The notes under the pieces are model-generated. The model made no database searches. It was given only the letters and a program-made list of their open reading frames with translations, and was not told the DNA's origin. A stretch of 63,783 nt of DNA, filler included, from Vannella sp. (lineage: Eukaryota), in NCBI GenBank assembly GCA_023345925.1. It is 6 parts of 6 records of this genome, joined end to end, with 100 filler letters (N's around TTAATTAATTAA, not from the genome) between each part and the next. Parts side by side here need not be neighbours in the genome. Positions count along the whole stretch, not along the records: positions 17,028 to 31,877 come from JAJQQN010000982.1; 5 more parts are not named here. One strand, written 5' to 3'. The first letter of the stretch is position 1. Every line of letters starts with the position of its first letter. The position numbers and the translations under genes are program-made. Shown here in pieces: positions 20,959-31,977 of this stretch.

Positions 20959-21960
20959 TTAGTAAAAAGGTGTATACTGCTGTTGAGGGGATCCAAATCC
21001 ACTTTGGGGCGCTCCATATTGGATGGAACCTTGTGGATTTGACATTAAGACCTGTTGAGGTAGCCCGTAGTCGAACACAGGGGGCTGAATGGAAGGTGTG
21101 GGCGCAGGGAGCGATGGGCTGGGTTCTTCCTTCTTCTTGAAGATACGACCCCAGAATCCAGGGGCGCTTTCTGGTACAGAAGTGCTTTGGCGGCTCTCAT
21201 TAGTTGAAGAACTGTCGCCTGCAAAGTGGCTCTCGATGTGAGCATGAATCTTGAGAGTGGAGAATCTCCCCGAACACACTGGGCAATCCGCTTGCTCTTC
21301 GCTCACTGAAGAAGCTGAAGAAGTCGTACTCGTCTGTAGAGACGTTTCGAACGAGTTTTCAAAGGTTGAGCGAGCTCCTTCCATCTTCTGGCTTGCCTGT
21401 GGAGGTGGGGATTGCCGAATCTGCTGCACTCTCAGCTCCAAGCTCTGGAGAGCAGAGTCCATGTGCCTGGCATCTTTCTCCTGCTTATTTGCGGCCAACT
21501 GAATGTCAAGGTGCAACTGCTTCATGCTGCTGTTCATCGTGTCCAAGGTGGACTCCACCTCCCTCATAAACTGGGTGAACTGGACAACGAGGGTCAGTAT
21601 TGTGAAGAGCAAAAGAGATAGGGGATCTACCTGACGAAGCAGCTGGCTGGGGGGAGGACTTCCGGCGGAATCCCACGAAGTCGCCTTTGGAGTGGCGTCA
21701 CGGGAAGAGGTGGAGAGGAAGTCAGACAGGAAGTCAGGTTGCGAATGTATCGGTGGTGGGGTTGAGATGAATGAATCTCTCTGTGCCTCCAACTGACGTC
21801 TTTGGTCCTGCAAAGAACGAAGGGCGTTTTGTTGCTCCTTTATCAGATCGATCTGGCGCTGCTGACTCTCAAGTGCCGCAGCATTCGTTTGCACCCTGCC
21901 ATGATCTGAACCATAGGATTGGGATTGGTCCATGCGCAGGAAGGGTTCGTTGCTGTACAT
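20959..21960 (-). CDS. Coiled-coil protein with a UBZ-type zinc finger (probable in-frame intron ~21580-21630)
   Basis: CPVCSGRF..IHAHIESHF motif, Q-rich coiled coils and a Pro/Tyr-rich tail. Confidence 0.65.
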   Translation of the reverse strand: MYSNEPFLRMDQSQSYGSDHGRVQTNAAALESQQRQIDLIKEQQNALRSLQDQRRQLEAQRDSFISTPPPIHSQPDFLSDFLSTSSRDATPKATSWDSAGSPPPSQLLRQVDPLSLLLFTILTLVVQFTQFMREVESTLDTMNSSMKQLHLDIQLAANKQEKDARHMDSALQSLELRVQQIRQSPPPQASQKMEGARSTFENSFETSLQTSTTSSASSVSEEQADCPVCSGRFSTLKIHAHIESHFAGDSSSTNESRQSTSVPESAPGFWGRIFKKKEEPSPSLPAPTPSIQPPVFDYGLPQQVLMSNPQGSIQYGAPQSGFGSPQQQYTPFY

Positions 21961-22175
21961 CACAGGCCGGGAGGAAATGCCACCGATAAGAAAATTCTTC
22001 GCTTTTTCAGGAAATGAGAATGGACCAATGAGAATCTCTCGAAGGTGAAATGTTCAACTTGATCTATGTTTTGACACGATTCTTCTTTGGTCTGATTTTT
22101 TTGTTTAATGAGGAAATTCTTTTGGTTTGGAATGTCACATTATCTGAGTGGTTGTTGTGGTTCGCATTGTTGGAG

Positions 22176-23075
22176 ATGGGATCGGCTGAATCGAAGAATC
22201 AGAAGAAGAAAGAGGAGAAAGAGTGTGTGAAAGATGGATTGGAGATGCTGATTGTGGAGGAGAGTGTGAGCGAGTGGCAGCCAACCTGGGATGGAAGTTT
22301 ACTTTCCCTTCCTGACGAGTTGCTCGTTCTCATCATTCAGCAGTTCTCGGACTCGGAAACCTTTCGTGCTTTCTCTGGTACTAATCAAAGGACACATCAG
22401 ATCTGTAGAGACCTCTTGGTGCTGTCCTCCATCAAGGAGCGCTTTGCAAAGAACTCCTCGTCCTTGGTCGACCTCCTTCTCGTCCCTGGGAACGAACGTG
22501 TGCTCATTCAACACAGCCCAACTCTCCCTTGTGGGTGGAGACACGGAGAAGAAGTAGTGTGGGACCACTCTGTGAAGCTACAGCTGATGATTCGAGAGGG
22601 TGGATTGTGCCTTCAAGGACTTATTGACCCCAAAGACAAGCGCTTAGCTGTGCGACGTCAATGGAGAGATGACAAGATGGTTGGACGAGAACAGAAGTTC
22701 TATTCCAATGGGAACTGCCAGTTCCTCCGCAACTACAACGAATCAGGCAACCTTGATGGGGAAGAGGAGCTTTGGTACCTTGATGGGACGCTCCAGGAGC
22801 GTAACTTCCGCCATGATGGCATACTGGAAGGTGTACAGCAAGCCTGGTATCCAAATGGAGAGCGCAGCGTCCTCCGCCTTTGGAAGAACGGCCATTTGGA
22901 AGGTCCCGAGAAGCAGTGGAACGAAGAAGGCGAACTTATCGTGCACACTGAGTGGCCCACTCACCACAGAGGAAAGAAGCAAGATCTCCTTCACCAATCA
23001 GCTCGCGAAACCCAACGAACTCAAAGAGGACGCAAGAAGAAGACCTCTCGCCTTGTCGCAGCCTCCTCCACCTGA
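22176..23075 (+). CDS. F-box protein with MORN-variant (YwqK-like) repeats and a likely N-myristoylation signal
   Basis: MGSAESK start; F-box LLSLPDELLVLIIQQF; repeats G.EQKFYSNG, LDGEEELWYLDG, LEGVQQAWYPNG, LEGPEKQWNEEG. Confidence 0.8.
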   Translation: MGSAESKNQKKKEEKECVKDGLEMLIVEESVSEWQPTWDGSLLSLPDELLVLIIQQFSDSETFRAFSGTNQRTHQICRDLLVLSSIKERFAKNSSSLVDLLLVPGNERVLIQHSPTLPCGWRHGEEVVWDHSVKLQLMIREGGLCLQGLIDPKDKRLAVRRQWRDDKMVGREQKFYSNGNCQFLRNYNESGNLDGEEELWYLDGTLQERNFRHDGILEGVQQAWYPNGERSVLRLWKNGHLEGPEKQWNEEGELIVHTEWPTHHRGKKQDLLHQSARETQRTQRGRKKKTSRLVAASST

Positions 23076-23260
23076 ATCACCTTTCACCAAGAGCAAAAGT
23101 CAACATGTATATAAACCGTACAGACCCCAACCTTGGATGAGCTCGCTGCAGATTGGTCGGGAGAGGGGGGAAGTGAGAGAAGGAAGAGCCACTCAGGATG
23201 GAGTAGGAGGACTGCAAGTTCCCCCTCTCCCGCTCATTTCCCACTGAGCCACTCGTCAGG

Positions 23261-23887
23261 ATGCCCATGATGACTCCAGTCTCCACCACAGCTCCACAAA
23301 CTGACAGCCTTTCATCTCCTCCACCTCCACTTGACCTGGAGTCTGCGATCAGAGAGCGTTCGGTGCAACTGCGCGAAGAAAACAACAACAACAGCCATAG
23401 TGACGGTGACGATGATGAAGAGGAGGAGACTCAGAGAGCGCCAATGATTGAGGGCACTCCCGTACAAGAGGTCCAGTCCGGCTCACAACACTTGGAGGCA
23501 GCCTTGTTGGTTACTTTGACGTCTGCGTTGGAGGAGCTCTCTCTGGGGGAACCGTCTCTCGTAAGAGAACCGCCAGGTTCTGTTCCACTAGCTTTGGGAA
23601 AGCGTCGCCGTTGTGATGAAGATATCTCGTACTTCTTACAGGCGCCTGCGAAGGTGTTCTGTCCGTATGATCGTACAAGGGAGTCAGACGCCCCTCAGAC
23701 ATACGAAATGCTCGAAAGTGACCTGCTCTCCAACTACCTCCACTCCCCTCCTTTTGCTACCGTGGAAGAGGAGGCTGAAGAACCAATCGAAAGAAGAGGC
23801 CAAGAGGACGAGGACGAGGACGAGGGCAAGAACGATGAGGGAGAAGGCGAGCACACCTTCTCTGGACACAAGATCGAGTTCGACTAA
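23261..23887 (+). CDS. Acidic low-complexity hypothetical protein
   Basis: 208-aa ORF with D/E tracts and an NLS-like LGKRRR; the start codon is uncertain. Confidence 0.5.
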   Translation: MPMMTPVSTTAPQTDSLSSPPPPLDLESAIRERSVQLREENNNNSHSDGDDDEEEETQRAPMIEGTPVQEVQSGSQHLEAALLVTLTSALEELSLGEPSLVREPPGSVPLALGKRRRCDEDISYFLQAPAKVFCPYDRTRESDAPQTYEMLESDLLSNYLHSPPFATVEEEAEEPIERRGQEDEDEDEGKNDEGEGEHTFSGHKIEFD

Positions 23888-24134
23888 GAGTCTCGCATGA
23901 TGATGATTCGTATCGTATTCTCACTTCTACATACATAAAAGACCTCTTACCAAAGCCTTCTGATACAAACCTATCGCCACTGCCGCCTTCGCTAAGTGAT
24001 GGACTGTCTTGACTATCGCACTGCCGCCTTCAATCAGGAGAGTCAAACGAATGGCTTTTAAATCAACACAGAGGAGCAACGTTCCCTTGTCCAGGGAAAT
24101 GAGAGATCGTCAGCTCAAGTTCGTTCGCAAGAAT

Positions 24135-24168
24135 GGTGAAATGAAGGTGAAATGAAGGTGAAATGTCC
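24135..24168. repeat. 11-bp tandem repeat (GGTGAAATGAA)x3 in the PI3K upstream region
   Basis: Copies start at 24135, 24146 and 24157. Confidence 0.8.
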
Positions 24169-24243
24169 AGATGCCGAGAAACAGTTTTGCCCTTGTAAAA
24201 GTGTTTTTTCAAAGCAAGGCTATAAATCTTTGATGGCCCAGTG

Positions 24244-27200
24244 ATGGATTTATTAACAAGGACAGTTCAAATGGCCCCTTTTGGGGAGTTGGCTGGTCTT
24301 CGAGTGGTTTGGTTGGCCCTTCCAGTGTTGTTGGCATATGTGGGGGGCGCAACATTGTTGTGTTGTATGCTGGTATTGGTGGCGGTTGTGTTAAGCGAGT
24401 TAGCTCCTTCTCGGAACGAGAGGGAGGCGGAGAGTCCCATGGGTCTGCGGGGAGGACCAGAATCAGCGGCCCTTCTGCTCTCCTGGGAAAGAAACCATCA
24501 CCAAGTAGTGGAGAAAGTATCTCAAGTCGTTATTCAGACTGGAGATGCTCATGCGAGCGAGCTCATTGTCCGTCTGGATCGATTAGAGGCAACCGTCGAA
24601 TCCCTCGCGCAGAGGCACACCAGTATCTACCAACTTCTCCAACAACTTACCGAGCAACCTTCACCACCTTCTTGGACCGAGTGTCGGCCTGAGGTAACCC
24701 AAGACACCGACTTTCTCTCCAGAAGGTCTCTGAGCGAGGAGCTGCCTTCACCCCTCCAATCCCAGAGCATCTCTATGCAACAAGAAAACGAAGATATCAT
24801 CGATTCTATCCAGAGGACTCAACGGGACATCTCCATGGTCATGTCCCGGACAAACAGCGTCGCCACTCTGGTTCTGGAGCTTGATCAGGAGGAGGACGAT
24901 CCCTTGGGTGAGAACGACCCCCCAGAAGAAGAAGAAGTTGAACAAAGAAGAGAAAGTAGAGCAGCAACCGATGTCCCTTCAACGTCCACAGACTCCTTAG
25001 GAAGATTGACTCCTTTCCGCCCTCGGACGAGGAGTTCAACGGATAGCCAAGCTGGGTCGACCTCTGAGCTTGATTCTGTTGGAAGGCAAACATCTTTCAC
25101 AGCGCGGAACCACACCTTCTTAGCACGATCTCGATCTCAAAGGTCAGACGGCCAATTTGTTGCTGATAGGAGTCCCGCCCGAAGTGGCTTCTTAGGAGCT
25201 TCTCACAGACAGCCATCCAATATTAGAGACGTAGCTTTGGACCGAGAAACTCAGCAGAAGCTTGCAGAAGCTCTCCAAGACCCAGAGGCAGAGACATTTT
25301 TTCGCTCACAAACGATTGGAAAGGAAGTGAAGCCCAAACTGCATTTCCAAGACAAGATTGGTCTTGATTCCTCCTGTGCAATCATTTCTCGGGCCCAGAA
25401 GCTCCTCTTTTCGCTCAAAATTCATCTTCCAGATGGCGGGGAAACGGCCATTCAATGCTTCCAAGATGCGTCTGAGGCAGAGATCATTCAAACTCTTTTT
25501 CGCAGGTTACAGGGGCGCTTGGACTTGGTGGAAGGCGAGGTCCCCTCAATTGCAGGGCCAGAGGACTTTGTCAGAATCTCTGACATGCTCTTGAGCGATG
25601 AGTTTGCTCTCATGACAGCTTTGTTTGCTGCCGTTCCTCGAAATCAACGGGAAGAGCTGATTCACTTGTTCCTGCGCTTAACAGTCACTCAGAAGGTCAC
25701 AAAGCAACTCTTAACTGTTGCTGTGGAGAATGAAGTAGCTAATCATCGAGGAGGGATCCATACTCTCTTCAGAGATAGCGGATTTCGAACCACCTTGGTT
25801 GCGGCTTACTTTCGCTTTCACCTTCGAGAGCTGTTCCAACACCAGTTGAAGAGTATTCTGAAGGAGGGCTTAGAAGACCCAGCAAATCCCCTGGATCCGC
25901 TTGCCTTGAGCTTCAAAGTGTTCGATTTAGTCAAGCAAGTTGCAGAGAAGTTCCCAAAGGAGCTTCGTGACACATGGGCAATGCTTAGTGACAAGGCGGG
26001 AGCCAAGTTCCCTGAAGAGCAGGCGAAAGTCCTTGGAAGCTTCCTGTTCCTTCGTCTCATCTGTCCGCTCCTTTTGGAAGAAGAGCTAGCTCCTGGTATG
26101 CTCTATAACACCAAAATCCAGTTAAACTGATCCTCTTGTTAGCAACAAACGATCCAGAAGCAACAAAAGCCTGTATTCTACAAGTTTCTCGCAACCTACA
26201 GCAGATTGCCAATCAAGTAGGATCAAACAATTCTCCAGCTATGCTTGAGCGTCAGCAAAGTGCTGCTCGCCTTTTCCAAGACCTGACAGTAAGTCCTTGA
26301 GCCTAAGAGAAAATGTTGCTAACCCTTTGACTGCTTTAAGGATCCTCCGGTTGCAATTGAGCCGAAGACGAGAGTTCCTTCTGAGCTGTCTGGTCTCCCT
26401 ATCAGAGAGGCAGTAAATAAGCTCGTTGCAATGATCCTGCAGAACCATCGAGGTGTCCTTCGCGCCTTATTCAAACAAGACAAGAGTGGAGGAGATCTCC
26501 CACAGCAACTAATTGACATCCTAGGTTATCCACTTCAAGAGAGAAAGGCTTACCAGTTCCAAGTTACTGGCTCTGATTACTTTGTCCCTTCAGGAGATTA
26601 CAGGCCTCTGGTAGAGAACGCCTCTTTGCGATGCCACTTCTTGGAGAGCATGTTCCGGAATCCTTCTCTCTCGCTGGTTGAAAGAGGAGCTGTCTTTAAA
26701 CGGAAGCAAGAGGTAATGCAAGTCAATTGCCTTCTCAACAGTGATGCTCTCCCTTCCTGTCGCTTTGAATCCCTCGACGTTCACTACTTCCGAGAACGCG
26801 TTTTGACACCTGCGAATCAAGTAGAGATGCCACCTTTTCTATTTCGAGCTGACTTGAGAGAGACTCAAGATGCTTTGCTCCCCGCCACGTTCATAGTTCG
26901 GGTCTTCTTCGAGTCAAACGGGCTCAGCAAATCGATTCCAGCTTCTCCTAATCTCTCTGTGAACGAGCTGATGGAAAAGTCACTCAGCAAGTTCAAAGCA
27001 TTCCTCAAAGGTGAAAATGATCCCTCCAAGTTTGCTCTTCGCTTTGCTTCTACAGAGGAGTTCCTTCTAGAGGACGTACCCTTGGGCCTTTTAGCCCAAG
27101 TTTCCACTTGTTTAATGCGAAGACTACCTGTTCAATTCTTATTGGTTGTTCGGAAGAGTATTCCAGCTTTGGCTCTTCGTGAGCCGACTTCCATTCTTAT

Positions 27201-29541
27201 TCCAGAGAGCGTTGAACTGTCTCCCCAAATAACTTTGGGTGAACTTCCTGCTCTCTCTCCATACGCGGGCGATTGCCCTTTCGTTAACCTTCTAGAAGTC
27301 ACATCTACTCAACAAAGGCTTCGGTTGGTAGTAGATGGAGTCTCGCAACTTAACGCAATGGGTTCAAGGAGTCAGGACGCATCAAGCACTGGACTATCAG
27401 CCTTTGGCTTTGTTCAGGTTCAACTGGCCTTTAATGGCAAGTCCCTAGCCCCTATTGTCCGTACATCTCCATGTACTTTAGAACGACTGGTTTGGGCGGA
27501 GTCTTTGGAACTTGATATTCCTATCCGCTCAATTCCGCGTGAATCAAGGCTTTGCTTCACTCTTTTCTCTGTACACCCGAAGAATGAGACGAAAAACCCT
27601 CTCGCATGGGCTTCTTTCAGACTATTGGATGTTAACGATTGTCTTCCTACCGAATCTACAACTCTGGGGATGTGGGAGGGCGGGGAACAAGCAAACCCAT
27701 TCGGACCTTGCACTTCCTGCCAAAGCCCAGAAGCTGCTATCCTCCAATTCACCTTGCAAGGACTGCCAACTGACATGCTCCTTCAATTGCCCCAATTGGC
27801 TCCTCGAAAGTCTCCTTTAGATCTCTCAGACGATGTCTTGAAGTTGAGTCGTACTGAAGAGAAGCAATTAGAGCGCTTGTTTCAGAAAGATGCGTTGTAT
27901 AAGCCGACACCAGCAGAGCTTGCCTTCTTATGGAATACTCGTGAACACTACTGCACGGTTGCTTTGGGTCTCCCAAAGTTCCTTCTCAGTGTTCAATGGG
28001 GCGATTGGAAGCAAGTGGAAGAAGCGTACCGCTTATTAGAGAATTGGACAGCTTTGCAACCTCATGATGCATTGGAGCTGCTTGGAACTCAATTTGAAGA
28101 CCAGAGAGTCCGTCAGAAAGCTGTCAGTTGGATAGCAAAGATGAGTGATGATGACTTGGCTGACGTGCTTCTCCAATTAGTCCAAGTCCTGAAGATAGAG
28201 AAGAACCACATCTCTGCCTTATCCTTGTTACTTCTCCGCCGCGGTATTCAATCACCAGAGGTTGTTGGGCATCGCTTGTTCTGGCTCCTCTCAGCGGATA
28301 TGAACGATTCCAAGGAAAGCGAGCGGCTGAAACTCATAATGGAAGCACTCTTGTGGGCATTTGGCCCTCAGCGGAACATTTTCCTTCAACAGAAACAAAC
28401 TCTTGGGAAAATGCGGCTCATTTCAGCCTTGGTATCTGAAGAACGGACAGTCACAGCAAAGAGCGATAAGTTGGCTTCATTGCTCGAGACGACTCGATTC
28501 TCTCCAGTGTGGAATTGCCCATACCAACCTTCTATCGTTGCTGGACAAGTTGCTCCTTCCAAGTGCAGGATAATGGACTCGGCTCTTTCGCCATTGCGGC
28601 TAGAATTCCACTGCGTGGAGGAGTTACCAACCTGTCCAATGGTGTTGACCTTATTCAAAGCCGGAGATGACTTGAGACAAGACACTCTCACTCTACAAAT
28701 GATTCAAATCATGGACAAACTCTGGAAGCAAAATGGGTTGGACATGCAAATGTCACCTTATGGGTGCTTGTCTACTGGTACTAACGAAGGCTTGATTGAA
28801 ATCGTTCCTGATTGTGTCACAACGGCAGATATCCACAGGAGTGCTGCAGGAGTTCGAGGCGCGTTCTTGGAGAATTCAGTGGCCAACTGGCTGAGGAAGC
28901 AAAACCCCAGCGAGACAGATTACAAGCAAGCTCGTGAGGTGTTCACTCGTTCTTGTGCTGGTTATTGTGTAGCAACTTACATTCTTGGAATTGGTGACCG
29001 ACACAACGACAATATCATGATAAGCCGGGCAGGCCATCTCTTCCGTACGTTCTTTCTGCTTCAAGAGCAACTTCGTCTCACTTACATGCCGTAGATATCG
29101 ATTTTGGGAGATTCTTGGGTAAATGGCAGACATGGAAGGGCCTCAAGAGGGACCGAGCGCCTTTTGTCTTCACACCTGAGTTTGCCTTTGTCATGGGAGG
29201 AAGAAGCTCAGAGGATTTTGAAAGATTCTGCCAACTGGCAAGTCAAGCTTTCAATGTCTTACGAAAGAACGCTCGCATCTTCTTCAGTCTCTTTTCCCTG
29301 GTAAGTGAGATAGCTAACATCTTTGTCAAAGCTTCTAAGTGCTTTTTAGATGTTGGCTGCGGGAATGCCAGAGCTGAAGAACGCAGATAGTTTTGCTCAT
29401 CTAAATGAAGCCTTTGCTCTGAAAAAGACGGAAGAGGAAGCCGACCTGTTCTTCCGCTCTCTCATTTCCAAGTCACTGAATACCACTGCCACTCGATTGA
29501 ATAATGCATTGCATATTCTCGCCCGTTCTGCTGAACAATAA
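24244..29541 (+). CDS. Class I-type phosphoinositide 3-kinase with N-terminal transmembrane segment(s) and an internal RasGAP domain (1699 aa); introns 26096-26142, 26289-26340, 29045-29094, 29301-29349
   Basis: Kinase motifs FKAGDDLRQD, GIGDRHNDN and spliced HIDFG, with RBD, C2 and helical regions upstream. RasGAP motifs TLFR, GSFLFLRLICP, LQQIANQ. The five exons total 5100 nt in one open frame. Confidence 0.88.
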
Positions 29542-29594
29542 GAAGAACCCTTCTGAAGTCATCCATCCCTTTTAAGTCAGATAATACGCTATTT

Positions 29595-30086
29595 TCAACA
29601 CTTTTTTGGGCAATTTGGAAAGAGCCATTCATCAGAGCCTCCGCAACAGTCTTCCTCCTTTTGTTAGACTCATTTTTCACGATTTGTGCACTACTTACCA
29701 CAAACCCCATCATTGACAAAGCTGCTGGGAATGGAGCGACCTGAAGAGTCGCTGCATTGGAAGGTGCTGGGGAATCGCTCTCGATGAGCACATGCATTCG
29801 TTCCAGGCTCATCAGAACCATCAGGGCAGTCACAGTAGTCATCGTTCGAGTACTCCAGCTCGAAGAACAGCGGAGGGTCGGACACACACCGAAAGTGAGT
29901 GTCGTTCATCCACACGCTACTGGGTGACAAAGCCCACACAGAAGGAGGGCGAACAGTCTCAAAGACTTCCGGTAGCCTGGCAAGAAGGCTGCGCGTGGCT
30001 GCCGCATCCACACGGGGGCGATTGAGAAACAAAAAGGCGCCGAGCACGATCAGCCACCAGACCAGCACACAGGCACTCTTCGCCAT
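29595..30086 (-). CDS. Short glucosidase II beta subunit (PRKCSH)-like protein, Cys-rich N-terminal domain only; one intron near 29653-29698
   Basis: Signal/TM segment, NDDYCDCPDGSDEPGTNAC, SSFVNDGVC|DCCGGSDE, then a stop codon. Confidence 0.75.
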
Positions 30087-30362
30087 ACAGCTAGTCTTCT
30101 GACCTCCCTTCAACCCCTTTCGGCTCTTCTGTACTGGCAAGCCATCCTCCCGAGGGATCAAACGGACCCCCCCAACACGGTGCCTCGCCGAAGAGATCAT
30201 AAAAATGATGCATTAACAGTCAAACGATCAGAAAATCAAGCAAAACTTCGAAATAAACCACGAGAGAGTCGAAAGAGTGCTCCAGAAAGTGCGAACCAAT
30301 TCCTGCATTTTCTGGGAGCATCTCTTTCGATTCTTTTGTGTTCTCTCATTTCTTTGTTGCCT

Positions 30363-31433
30363 ATGCCTTTTGGATACCATACGGTGCTTCTTAGTGACGA
30401 TGGATTGTTGGCGTTTGGAGGTAAGTCAACATTTGATGGTGAAGAAGAGATGCCATCTACTCCCCATCTGGTCCCTTGGACGGGGCCACCTTTGCAGAAT
30501 GTTGACTGGGGCCGTTACCACTCACTCGTTCTCGATAGTGAAGGGACAGTCTGGGAGGCGGGAACTCCTGGGGCCGGAAACTTTGATTTCACTTCCAATT
30601 TTCGGCGTGTTCCAGACCTTCCCGTCATTGTCCACATCTCTGCTGGATACAATCATTCAACAGCTGTTGATGTAGATGGAGGTCTCTGGCTGTGGTCCGA
30701 GTGGCAAGTTGCTTCTGATCCTGGGATTTCCACCCCAAAGCTGATTCCCGGCCTCCCGGCGATCTCCAAAGTGGCATGCGGATGGAACAATCTAGTTGCA
30801 GAAGCAGTAGATAACTCCATCTGGTATGTTGGACTAGATTCAAGTGACCTCATCAAGGCTTATCCGCTTGAAGTGAAAGACCGTTCCATTGGACCTCTTC
30901 GAAGCTTCACCCTTCTCTTCAGTCATCTTGTTATGGTTGATTCCGAAGGTTCTGTGTTTTTTGCGACCGAGAAAGACAAGATCTATAGATCGGATTCCAT
31001 CAGAAAGTTATCCAAACTCCCTCCAATGGTGAAGGTATCTGGCGGAAGCCACGGATTGTTGGCATTGGATGAGCAAAGTCAATTGTGGAGGTGCAATCAA
31101 ATAACGCTCTACAAAGCTCCTGACATTACTGAATGGCTGAAAGAGGTCAGATCCTTTGTGTCAGGAGGCTACCATTTCATGGCGCATTTGCTGGACGGCA
31201 CTACTATGGTCGTTGGGAACAACCAATACGGGCAGTTTGGTCCAGGTTGCTCAATCGGGTATCACAGTACTCCTTTCCTCTGTGCATTCCACGAAGCATC
31301 TCCGACGAGAAAAAAGAGTGCCCGTTCTGTGGCTGATCTTTCCTTCGCCACAGGTAAGCGTTCGATTCACCCAGCGTCAGAAGAGAGCATGCCTCTAAAA
31401 AAGAGAGAGAGACAAAGGTCCCCATCCACTTAG
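30363..31433 (+). CDS. RCC1/BLIP-II beta-propeller repeat protein
   Basis: GRYHSLVLDSEGTVW, ISAGYNHSTAVDVDGGLW, GGYHFMA..GNNQYGQFG. Confidence 0.85.
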   Translation: MPFGYHTVLLSDDGLLAFGGKSTFDGEEEMPSTPHLVPWTGPPLQNVDWGRYHSLVLDSEGTVWEAGTPGAGNFDFTSNFRRVPDLPVIVHISAGYNHSTAVDVDGGLWLWSEWQVASDPGISTPKLIPGLPAISKVACGWNNLVAEAVDNSIWYVGLDSSDLIKAYPLEVKDRSIGPLRSFTLLFSHLVMVDSEGSVFFATEKDKIYRSDSIRKLSKLPPMVKVSGGSHGLLALDEQSQLWRCNQITLYKAPDITEWLKEVRSFVSGGYHFMAHLLDGTTMVVGNNQYGQFGPGCSIGYHSTPFLCAFHEASPTRKKSARSVADLSFATGKRSIHPASEESMPLKKRERQRSPST

Positions 31434-31877
31434 TCAGGCCTGCTGGCTTCCTTCGCCTCTAAATGAGCCAATCAGTTAGAATTGACTTCTTTTGCAGAGT
31501 TTGGCAAACACAAGGCTCATAGTTGGTGTCATATTGATAGAAAATGATGCTCTATAAAATCCAGAGTCACCAATCGAAACTGGAGCAGATAAGAGGCAAC
31601 CCCATCGATGCAGTCATGCAGTCGGACTCAAGCCCTCGCCCACTTTTCTTGAGACCAAATCCTGAGGCCAGTAACCTGCTCACTCCCACCCGATGCATTT
31701 CCTTATTCTGCAGTTCAGAGAAGCACCTCCTTGTCCAGGCTGGGAAAAGGGAGAAGATTAGAAAGCCAGAGAGAGCTTCGAAGAGGTCCAATGAAACGGC
31801 CTCTCCGTGGAACTTGATCGACGTGCTGATTGGGAGGATTTGGGGAGAAGAAAGGACATTTGTCGTGAGAAAGTCGG

Positions 31878-31977
31878 NNNNNNNNNNNNNNNNNNNNNNN
31901 NNNNNNNNNNNNNNNNNNNNNTTAATTAATTAANNNNNNNNNNNNNNNNNNNNNNNNNNNNNNNNNNNNNNNNNNNN
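31878..31977. other. Artificial contig linker
   Basis: N44-TTAATTAATTAA-N44. Confidence 0.98.

Noticed and set aside
23898..23963. ATGATGA...CTGA pair resembling a C/D snoRNA
   Set aside because: No terminal stem. The 9-nt LSU-like match (CTTACCAAA) is not positioned correctly relative to the D box. The region is probably 3' UTR.
31544..31877. ORFs on both strands at a contig end
   Set aside because: No supporting motif or splice structure; the strand cannot be decided.
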